NCBI GenBank assembly: GCA_905235375.1
Contig: CAJOLH010000025.1
Span: forward strand, 1-32,000
Direction: 5' to 3'
Origin: an uncultured Bacteroidales bacterium
GTDB lineage: Bacteria; Bacteroidota; Bacteroidia; Bacteroidales; UBA3663
Length of the DNA: 32,000 bases
This document shows positions 1-7,017 of this stretch, in pieces. The position numbers were made by a program, and so were the translations under genes. Position 1 is the stretch's first letter; every line of letters starts with the position of its first letter. Below the pieces are notes generated by a model. It had not been told where the DNA came from, did no database searches, and saw only the letters and a list, made by a program, of their open reading frames with translations.

Positions 1-1536
1 GAAGAATCGATCGAATGCACTCTGCTTCTTGGGCAACGATGTACAAACCACACGCAACGCTCCATGGATTGGAATGCTATTGAAATACGGTTCAGAGATT
101 GTTAGGTTGAACGACGAAATCCGGCGATAGAGTAATGGTTTCATGACAAAAATCCATAACAAGAAACAGATGAGCAGAATTCCCGTGATGACTAAAACCG
201 CCAACTTTAGAGGATTGATTTTTCTGTCATAGGAAGATCGTAAAGTAAGCACATAATCAGAAACAGGCGCCTGGTTTATAGTTTCCAGATTACGTCGTGA
301 ACCAGAAACTGGAGTGAGCTGATAATAATGCTTACCCTCCTCGCTATCCTTATTGTGGATGATACTCAGGACCGCAGGTTGGTTTGGATCAATATCGATA
401 CGACCATCTAAACACGGTTTGCCATTGAAAAGAAGCTGGCATTGCTGTAACGTCATATGCCCCTTCTCGTCAAAAGTCTTCTCAGAAAATTGAAGTTTAA
501 GATGTGCTTTAGTTTGCTTAGCAGATTCATTGAATTGTGGATTTAGATCTACTGTTAGGGTGTCCATTTTCTTTGCTTTACTCCACCAGAAAGAATCATA
601 CCAGCTTGCATCACCAAGATTAATTTCCTCAAATGGTAGTTGAAGTGTGCGTTCTGGAATATTTTTAACAAGAACTCTTAATTCTGGATTAACAATCTTT
701 ACGTCTCGGCTATCCACTCTAAAGCGAACAAAGAAAGATTGTGGTAGATTTGACAAATCCATCTTCGGTGAAAAATGGAACTTAGCACGACCATTCTTAA
801 TAGCCCCTTCAACTAATGAAACTTCCAATAGAGAGTCTGTTGTTGATGCTTCCGCAGGGAAAATGCCTTCTGCTGAGAAGTTAACTATTACATCATGTGG
901 ATCCAAGGTGTTGAAACCCAAATCTTCTTGTTCGAATTCTCCAAAAATGTCAATATCATCACCCGTAGACAAAAATACCATATGATCACAATCATTGACT
1001 GCTTTAACAATGCGTGAATCGGCAGCGTCAGTTGACAGCGCGACATAATAACCGCGAACGTTTTTCATTATATCACACCACTGCCTTATTCGATCACAAA
1101 CTTTAGCGGTTCCATCAGGAGGATTCATGTTATCCTCTCCATCAGTCAATAAGCAAAGATAATTATCCTTATTGGGGTCAAGATAATTCAAGGCGCGATC
1201 CCATGCTTCACAAATATTTGTTCCCAATAGCTGTTTGGGATAATTGGCAATACTTTTTTTGTATGAACTCCAATCGAGATCGGACTTTAGTTCATGAAGG
1301 ACCGACTTTTCAAAAACTTTTCCTTGAAATGGTATTATCGTCACCATTGAGTTATCCGAAAGATTGCCAATACTTTTCTCGAGAAAATTCATGGTTGGAT
1401 CCCACAAATGATATCCAAGCATTGAATTCGAGCAATCCAATACATAAATATAATTACGTTCTCTTTGAGCCCAAAGAGAAGTCCCGACAGATAAAATTAT
1501 TGCGACTAAAAGAGAGCGTATTAAAATTTTTTTCAT
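1..1536 (-). CDS. secreted vWA-domain protein fused to a single-pass transmembrane + C-terminal module; start codon in window, 3' end beyond the window edge (at least 512 codons)
   Basis: Absent from the supplied ORF track. I read every plus-strand frame-1 triplet from 1 to 1536 and none is tta/cta/tca, so the minus-strand frame is open from ATG (1536..1534) to position 1. The translation starts MKKILIRSLLVAIILSVGTSLWAQ (signal-peptide-like). It continues with YIYVLDCSNSM and LCLLTDGEDN (vWA MIDAS DxSxS ... TDG pattern), a hydrophobic helix LKLAVLVITGILLICFLLWIFV (encoded ~140..210), then ISEPYFNSIPIHGALRVVCTSLPKKQSAFDRFF. The N-half is paralogous to 2475..3407 and the C-half to 1582..2478. 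Confidence 0.8.
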   Translation of the reverse strand, partial: MKKILIRSLLVAIILSVGTSLWAQRERNYIYVLDCSNSMLGYHLWDPTMNFLEKSIGNLSDNSMVTIIPFQGKVFEKSVLHELKSDLDWSSYKKSIANYPKQLLGTNICEAWDRALNYLDPNKDNYLCLLTDGEDNMNPPDGTAKVCDRIRQWCDIMKNVRGYYVALSTDAADSRIVKAVNDCDHMVFLSTGDDIDIFGEFEQEDLGFNTLDPHDVIVNFSAEGIFPAEASTTDSLLEVSLVEGAIKNGRAKFHFSPKMDLSNLPQSFFVRFRVDSRDVKIVNPELRVLVKNIPERTLQLPFEEINLGDASWYDSFWWSKAKKMDTLTVDLNPQFNESAKQTKAHLKLQFSEKTFDEKGHMTLQQCQLLFNGKPCLDGRIDIDPNQPAVLSIIHNKDSEEGKHYYQLTPVSGSRRNLETINQAPVSDYVLTLRSSYDRKINPLKLAVLVITGILLICFLLWIFVMKPLLYRRISSFNLTISEPYFNSIPIHGALRVVCTSLPKKQSAFDRFF

Positions 1537-1581
1537 TTGTATCGTAGATTTGTATTTATAACTAAATTGCTAAAGATGATT

Positions 1582-2478
1582 CTAAATTGAGATTTTAGCT
1601 TTATTATTCATATCTTCCTGGTCTTGCAACGTATATTCCGTACCAGGTTCCAAAGGGGTATCGAGAGGGTCAATGTAATGATTGGGTGCTGTAATCATTA
1701 CACCATTGCCAAAGGGCTCAAGATTCCATTCATGTTCCCAAGATGAATTTATCTCAAAAATAATCTTACCCATAAAGAATCGATTCATAATTCCCTGCTT
1801 TTGAGGGCGTGAAGTAAATACTACTTTGCGAGAACCATTTACTGGAATTGAAGCAAAATATGGTTCGATGACATTTATATTGAAAATCTTCAATGTCTTC
1901 ACTACCTGTGGCCTAATAAATAGGAACCAGACTATAATTGAAAAGAGGATTATTAAAATCAACCAGAACAATCCTAGCGCCAATGGATTCCAACTTTTAT
2001 TGAACTTTATTTCCCATTTGAACAAATCCAGCAGTTGCCCGGCAGTGATTTCTGAACTGCAAATACGTTCAATGCCGCCTGACGACACCAATCGTAACAT
2101 ACCTTGATGGGTTCCTGACTTTGCGTCAGGTAGATATGTAAATTTGAGTGTGACCTCGGGCTGGGAAGATGTCACCTTGAAGCTATTTTGGTCTAATAAC
2201 TCGCCATCCTTCTCAATTCGCAGTTCCTTAGTCGGGACAAGATTCCCTTCCAAATCGACAAAGGCGAATTCAGCAAATGCCTTGTCTCCTTTAGCTTTGG
2301 CATCAGCGTTGAAGTCGAAGATGAACGTTTTAGTCAGGGATGCAGTATCAGCAGAACAAGGCCAAAACGAATCATAATACTTGACTTCTCCCAATTTTTC
2401 TATTGGGAGTTTTTCTTCATTGCAAGATATGAAGAACAAGACTATGAAAGTATATAAAAAAAGGTAAATGCGTTTCAT
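1582..2478 (-). CDS. lipoprotein-signal, single-pass membrane protein; homologue of the C-terminal half of the 1..1536 product
   Basis: ORF track, 298 aa, ATG start. MKRIYLFLYTFIVLFFISC has a lipobox-like FISC; the central hydrophobic helix is LALGLFWLILIILFSIIVWFLFI. VIEPYFASIPVNGSRKVVFTSRPQKQGIMNRFF aligns by eye with ISEPYFNSIPIHGALRVVCTSLPKKQSAFDRFF of the fused gene, and YYDSFWP aligns with WYDSFWW. The start overlaps the upstream stop as ATGA (2475..2478), which suggests translational coupling. Confidence 0.75.
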   Translation of the reverse strand: MKRIYLFLYTFIVLFFISCNEEKLPIEKLGEVKYYDSFWPCSADTASLTKTFIFDFNADAKAKGDKAFAEFAFVDLEGNLVPTKELRIEKDGELLDQNSFKVTSSQPEVTLKFTYLPDAKSGTHQGMLRLVSSGGIERICSSEITAGQLLDLFKWEIKFNKSWNPLALGLFWLILIILFSIIVWFLFIRPQVVKTLKIFNINVIEPYFASIPVNGSRKVVFTSRPQKQGIMNRFFMGKIIFEINSSWEHEWNLEPFGNGVMITAPNHYIDPLDTPLEPGTEYTLQDQEDMNNKAKISI

Positions 2479-3407
2479 TTAATTGTATATCTTGTGATGG
2501 CAGGTTCAAGTTTGTTGTTGCATTTTACACTTATTACATCGGTCACCCAGAAGTAAAATTCTCCGGGATTTTTATCAATCGTGAGTTCTACCTTAACAAT
2601 TTCTCTTTCGGGTAACTCCGCCTCAGTTTTTTTGCCTTCGATAAACAAACGTAGTTTTCCATTTGTTATCTCTGAGCCTTTGATTAGATAATTATTATTT
2701 GTAGTACTAGCTGTAACTTGGTAGCCATTAGTTGGACCGAAAATAGGTATATCAACATATTTACCTGTGCGAATATTGAAGACAGCTTTATCTTCAACTC
2801 TGGTGATACGGATATTGACATCAGCTGAGGATACGTTCCAAAAATGTGGCTGTTGATCAACAATCTTTTCGACCTCAGGATTCCTTGCCACTTTGTCAAG
2901 CATCACATAAAACCCATATACATTCTTTTCCCCATATTTATCACTCCATCCTTTCAAATCGTTAATAAAACGGGTAGGATCAGGCCATTCATCATTTCCA
3001 TCAGTCATGAGGAACATATATGTCAGGCCATCTTTCAAGATTCGGTTATTGCCATAAAAATCCTCAATGGGATCTTTATGATAGGTCATAGTGTTCTTAT
3101 TCCATGTAATATCTCTAATGGCTCTTATTAATTTTTGTTTGCCTTGTTCGGTTGCTTCGGCCATAATAGGTTCCAAAACAGCATCCTTGTCACTATCATA
3201 TGCAAATCGAATGACATAAAGCTCTGTGGTTTGGTCTTCAACCTTTTCAATTGCTTTAATCAAGTTGTCGCAAACTTTATCTTTTATACCCAATGTAACC
3301 ATAGAGTATGAGCAATCCAGATAATATACACGACGTTCCCTCATCACCTGTGACCATAGAAGAGAAGGAATCAATAATAATATCATACAAAAGAATTTTG
3401 TTCTCAT
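2475..3407 (-). CDS. secreted vWA-domain protein (MIDAS DxSxS motif)
   Basis: The ORF track gives 2475..3461. I prefer the internal ATG at 3407 because MRTKFFCMILLLIPSLLWSQ is a signal peptide and it aligns with the N-terminus of the 1..1536 paralogue (SLLWSQVMRERRVYYLDCSYSM vs TSLWAQRERNYIYVLDCSNSM). MFLMTDGNDEW matches LCLLTDGEDNM. Confidence 0.75.
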   Translation of the reverse strand: MRTKFFCMILLLIPSLLWSQVMRERRVYYLDCSYSMVTLGIKDKVCDNLIKAIEKVEDQTTELYVIRFAYDSDKDAVLEPIMAEATEQGKQKLIRAIRDITWNKNTMTYHKDPIEDFYGNNRILKDGLTYMFLMTDGNDEWPDPTRFINDLKGWSDKYGEKNVYGFYVMLDKVARNPEVEKIVDQQPHFWNVSSADVNIRITRVEDKAVFNIRTGKYVDIPIFGPTNGYQVTASTTNNNYLIKGSEITNGKLRLFIEGKKTEAELPEREIVKVELTIDKNPGEFYFWVTDVISVKCNNKLEPAITRYTIK

Positions 3408-3631
3408 TGAGTATAAAACGGATAAAACTGACACAAGGGAAATGTCCAGAATAGCCCCCATGCCGCCTAGAATATAGATGATAGGCTTAAGGTTTCCAAT
3501 TATGTATCACTATCGAATGATACGTTGCTAAGTTCATACAAGCCCGCAAACTAAGCGTCTGTAAACGCTTTTTTATGTCTGTTCCTTCACTTTTCGCCTC
3601 AACAGAGAGAGGCTGAAGTGAATGAACGCCG

Positions 3632-3639
3632 CAAATATA
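3632..3639 (-). promoter_or_regulatory. candidate -7 promoter box for the vWA cluster
   Basis: Minus-strand TATATTTG (plus caaatata) fits the Bacteroidetes -7 consensus TAnnTTTG, ~225 nt upstream of the 3407 start. An interrupted 12-bp hairpin (3586..3622) would lie in the leader. A second match (TATTTTTG, plus 3715..3722) lies further upstream. Only 6 positions are fixed, so chance matches are expected in A+T-rich DNA. Confidence 0.3.
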
Positions 3640-3810
3640 CATATTATTTTAAATATTGGCAAGATTTCGAAGAGAAAAAGTGTGTTTTTTCATAACATTT
3701 TTACCTTTTACACTCAAAAATACGGCAGATAATTAGCAAATGGTGGATTGCTTTTGAAGGTAGATGGCATCAAACCGATTGTATTAGAATGATTGCTAAA
3801 TATTTCGTAA

Positions 3811-4584
3811 TTATTCATTCCCCTCTTTAAGCGCAAGGATTTCATCGGCGAGGATATTGAGGAGGCGAGTCCTTATTTCTATCTTTTTCGCCAGCATCTT
3901 GTCCCAATCGTCGGGCAGGGCGTCCAGCTCTTCGGCCATGCTTATCAGGGCATCACACTTATTATTATATTCTTCGTCGGTGGCACTGTTGATTGAGAAC
4001 AGGTCGTAGAGCATATACATGTATATGAAATAGAAGGTGTTGTTGTTTCGCTGGAATTGCTTGAATTTATCAGAAAGAGGTTCCTCTTCTTTCATATAGT
4101 CAGGATCGAACATGCCTAAAGCATACCCCATTGCGTCGAACATATCCGACTTGCTCTCCATGTTCGATACCATATAGAAATGAATGAAGCCGAGGTCAGA
4201 CTTCAATTCATTGAAATGCAAATGCTTATTGGGCATGATGGTATCGGGGTCAATTTCGACGACGGTTTCAGTAAGTTCCTTGAGTTTATCGGGATCACCA
4301 GTCATGATTGTCCTTGTATATGACATTCCATAGCTGATGTAGGTGAGTGCCGAATAGACCCTTGCCAGGTCTCTCCATTGGGATTCATCGGTTAGCTCCA
4401 TGGATCTGGCGATGCTATCTGCCATGCCGTATGCCCATAGGGATTCTACGTCATGATCCACTTTATGAGCCACACTCGATAACCTGCACACGGAATGCTG
4501 AAGATCCTTGATGCCGCCATCCACTTTTGTTTGACACGAAATGCACATCAGTGTGCAAAGAACGGGAAATAGGTACTTTTTCAT
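3811..4584 (-). CDS. hypothetical lipoprotein (helix-rich, acidic), no family recognised
   Basis: ORF track, 257 aa, ATG start. MKKYLFPVLCTLMCISCQTK is a signal peptide with lipobox ISC. No competing ORF. It is isolated by 349 bp and 230+ bp of non-coding DNA. Confidence 0.65.
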   Translation of the reverse strand: MKKYLFPVLCTLMCISCQTKVDGGIKDLQHSVCRLSSVAHKVDHDVESLWAYGMADSIARSMELTDESQWRDLARVYSALTYISYGMSYTRTIMTGDPDKLKELTETVVEIDPDTIMPNKHLHFNELKSDLGFIHFYMVSNMESKSDMFDAMGYALGMFDPDYMKEEEPLSDKFKQFQRNNNTFYFIYMYMLYDLFSINSATDEEYNNKCDALISMAEELDALPDDWDKMLAKKIEIRTRLLNILADEILALKEGNE

Positions 4585-4730
4585 AATGTTATTTGTTAGT
4601 TTTGAGCGAAACTACGCAAAAAATATGAAAATAGCAAGAGGTATGGTCTAAAAAATGCTCTGTGCTTGTTTCCTCGGTGCTAAAATTAGTGAGTTTGCGT
4701 CTATACGACTGGCTGTTTTGAGGTCGCTGC

Positions 4731-4764
4731 GCTCAAAATTATAAGAAAATAAATTTGAAAATTA
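4731..4764. repeat. left copy of a 34-bp direct repeat bracketing the 42-bp array
   Basis: GCTCAAAATTATAAGAAAATAAATTTGAAAATTA matches 5385..5418 at 32/34 positions. It contains minus-strand TAATTTTG (plus 4734..4741) pointing toward the 3811..4584 gene. Confidence 0.8.
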
Positions 4765-4852
4765 ACAAAAGAATTTCACTTTTCAATTGTCCAAAATAGA
4801 AGCAGCAAAAGTATAGTTATGAGTGAAGGAATGATATATCAAATTGGATAAA

Positions 4853-5296
4853 GCGCATCAAAGTTCGTACGCGTTCTATTTCTTTTCGGAAATAGAGCGT
4901 CAACGTCCGTAGGCGTTCCATAGCCGATAGAAGATGGAGCGTCAACGTCCGTACGCGTTCCATTTCCGATAGAAGATGGAGCGTCAACGTCCGTACACGT
5001 TCCATTTCCGACAGCAAATGGAGCGTCAACGTCCGTACGCGTTCCGTTTCCGATAGAAGATGGAGCGTCAACGTCCGTACGCGTTCCGTTTCCGATAGCA
5101 AATGGAACGTCAACGTCCGTACGCGTTCCGTTTCCGACAGAAGATGGAGCGTCAACGTCCGTACGCGTTCCGTTTCCGATAACAAATGGAGCGTCAACGT
5201 CCGTACGCGTTCCGTTTCCGATAGAAGATGGAGCGTCAACGTCCGTAGGCGTTCCATTGCCGATGGAAGATAGAGCATCTACGGACGCAGACGTGC
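4853..5296. repeat. 42-bp tandem repeat array (9 full units at 4895..5272 plus a degenerate unit at each end)
   Basis: I delimited the units by hand at 4895, 4937, 4979, 5021, 5063, 5105, 5147, 5189 and 5231. The consensus is GAGCGTCAACGTCCGTACGCGTTCCGTTTCCGATAGAAGATG. There are no unique spacers between units. Confidence 0.9.
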
Positions 5297-5384
5297 TATA
5301 TACGATTGAGATAGCAAAATGTCTTTTATGGTTGAGTCTTTGCGCTTCTTTATTACAAGAATTGTTCTTATGATGGGGCGCAGA

Positions 5385-5418
5385 GCTCAAAATTATAAGA
5401 AAATTGATTTGAAAATTA
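5385..5418. repeat. right copy of the 34-bp direct repeat bracketing the 42-bp array
   Basis: GCTCAAAATTATAAGAAAATTGATTTGAAAATTA contains minus-strand TAATTTTG (plus 5388..5395), which points into the array. Confidence 0.8.
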
Positions 5419-5515
5419 CTCAAGTTTCGCATTTGCTTCCGATTGCGCACAGGTATTGTGCTGATGTTGTGTTAATAGGAAGCATATCGGCGCGATAGGA
5501 TTAGGGGATGCATAT

Positions 5516-6850
5516 CTACAATAATCCTGTCATATAAACAGGCACTAATGTCGTTTCTCCATTCATGCGCAGATCTTTCGTATAGACCAGATATCGGCTT
5601 CCGATACGAGAAGAGTATTTCTGACAAAACGCATCCAGCGAAGCATGTGTCCTATAGCCTGATGACTTTACCTCTATCGGACAAATCTTGTTGCCTCTCG
5701 ACAACAGGAAATCCACTTCGTAATTATGCTTTTCATCCTTAGGGAATGTGTAGTAAAATAGAGAATTACCTGCCGATGCCAGCATCTGCGCCACAAGATT
5801 CTCATATACATAACCTAAATTTGCCTCTAACTTGTCGCTGAGCAATTTATCATAGATGATATTTTCGGTATAGTTTTTGTCCCAAAAAGCAAGTGTGACG
5901 AATAATCCGGTATCCGATAGGAACATCTTGTAACGGCTTGTGTCCTTGTTGAGCGACATGCCCACATTCGGATCAGTACAATGCCAGCAAAATAGCATCG
6001 TCTTGCTTTCTTCAAGATTCTGCAGCAGTTCTGTAATTTTGGCATCAGTTTGCTGACCTATCACCGAGGAAGGCTGGTAGCGTGATGCATTGCTGCTCAA
6101 CTGTGCGGGTATGTTTTTAAACAATTGTACAGCATTTCCTGTAGGGTCAATCTTTTGAAAATCTTCCAGATACAGATTGATAATTCCTCGTTTCGTCTTG
6201 TCCACCAAACTCAAATTATTCGTGTCCAGATAGGTATTTACCGCTTGTGGCATACCTCCTACAAGCATATACAACCGCAGGTCGCGCATCTTCATGCGTG
6301 CAAGATCGTCTCCCAAAGAGATACGTCTGTCAAACTGCTGTTTCAGCAAAGGAATGGAGGAAGTGTCGCCCAAGGCCCACCTGAACTCTTCATAATCCAT
6401 CGGAAACATTGGAAGTTTTTCCTCCTCACTGGGAATTGTAATGTCCTTGGTATTCTTGTGAATGCTAATTAACGAACCTGTTTCTATATAATCATATCGG
6501 CCATCTTGCACCAGATACTTGATAGCTTGACGTGCCAAAGGGCATTTCTGCACTTCATCAAAAATGATTGCCGATTTGCGCTCAATGAGCGTGACGTGAT
6601 AGATTTGTTGCAATTTAAGAAAAACCATGTTCAAATCCATCAAATCCTCCCACAACTTAAGGACATTCTTAGTAGCCTTGTTAAAGTCAATAAGAATGTA
6701 TGAATCGTACTCTTGTTTTGCAAACAGCTCTACTATCGTTGACTTTCCCACACGTCTTGCACCTTCCACTAAGATGGCGGTTTTTCCGTTTTGGTTTTCC
6801 TTCCACTCAATCAACTGTTGATAGATTTTACGCTTAAATATCCGTTCCAT
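5516..6850 (-). CDS. P-loop ATPase with a C-terminal PD-(D/E)xK-like domain (AAA_14 + DUF4143-type architecture)
   Basis: ORF track, 444 aa, ATG start. Walker A is GARRVGKST and Walker B is AIIFDEVQ. The C-terminal YEVDFLL...ICPIEVKSS is a D...ExK nuclease-like motif. I recognised the architecture from memory; no search was run. Confidence 0.85.
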   Translation of the reverse strand: MERIFKRKIYQQLIEWKENQNGKTAILVEGARRVGKSTIVELFAKQEYDSYILIDFNKATKNVLKLWEDLMDLNMVFLKLQQIYHVTLIERKSAIIFDEVQKCPLARQAIKYLVQDGRYDYIETGSLISIHKNTKDITIPSEEEKLPMFPMDYEEFRWALGDTSSIPLLKQQFDRRISLGDDLARMKMRDLRLYMLVGGMPQAVNTYLDTNNLSLVDKTKRGIINLYLEDFQKIDPTGNAVQLFKNIPAQLSSNASRYQPSSVIGQQTDAKITELLQNLEESKTMLFCWHCTDPNVGMSLNKDTSRYKMFLSDTGLFVTLAFWDKNYTENIIYDKLLSDKLEANLGYVYENLVAQMLASAGNSLFYYTFPKDEKHNYEVDFLLSRGNKICPIEVKSSGYRTHASLDAFCQKYSSRIGSRYLVYTKDLRMNGETTLVPVYMTGLL

Positions 6851-6875
6851 AGATTAAACTATTGAAAATGTGCTG

Positions 6876-6883
6876 CAAAGATA
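6876..6883 (-). promoter_or_regulatory. candidate -7 promoter box of the 5516..6850 gene
   Basis: Minus-strand TATCTTTGcagc (plus gctgcaaagata), with 25 nt between the box and ATG 6850. It has the same extended TTTGCAG form as the ispD, murI and rpsM boxes in this window. Confidence 0.45.
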
Positions 6884-6898
6884 ATGATAAATTTGATT

Positions 6899-6980
6899 CC
6901 CCGCAAATTTTTTTCGCAAAAATACGTGCTGACCCCGAAATTTTTTTCGCAAAAATACATGCTGACCCCGAAATTTGAGC
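6899..6980. repeat. tandem duplication (34 nt + 33 nt + 15-nt partial copy) of a promoter-like module
   Basis: CCCCG(C)AAATTTTTTTCGCAAAAATAC(G/A)TGCTGA occurs at 6899..6932 and 6933..6965, with a partial copy at 6966..6980. Each full copy carries minus-strand TATTTTTG (plus 6917..6924 and 6950..6957). Confidence 0.8.
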
Positions 6981-7017
6981 AATCTTCTAAGTAACTATTC
7001 AGAATTAACTATACATA

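Noticed and set aside
647-1547. ORF-track proteins 647..985 (+) and 1203..1547 (+)
   Set aside because: They are antisense to the 512-codon minus-strand ORF, which has a signal peptide, a vWA MIDAS motif and a nearby paralogue. The plus-strand products have no recognisable features.
3462-3810. tRNA or small RNA gene in the 349-bp spacer upstream of the vWA cluster
   Set aside because: I found no cloverleaf-compatible segments and no T-loop GTTCGAATC-like box. There are only a short weak stem plus T-run (3554..3574) and an interrupted hairpin (3586..3622), both compatible with a 5' leader.
4853-5296. Could the 42-bp array (or the 73-bp array at 9551..10437) be a CRISPR array?
   Set aside because: The units are directly tandem with no unique spacers between them. 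No cas genes or leader are in the window, and the periods (42 and ~73 nt) consist entirely of repeat sequence.
4817-5450. ORF-track proteins 4817..5278 (-) and 4839..5450 (-) with 14-aa periodic sequences (ERVRTLTLHLLSET and GNGTRTDVDAPSSI)
   Set aside because: They are two overlapping frames of the same 42-bp repeat, whose period is a multiple of 3, and two plus-strand frames of the unit are also stop-free. Neither has a signal peptide or a sensible N-terminus. The 5450 start lies upstream of the only promoter-like box. I kept them only as a caveat in the array finding.
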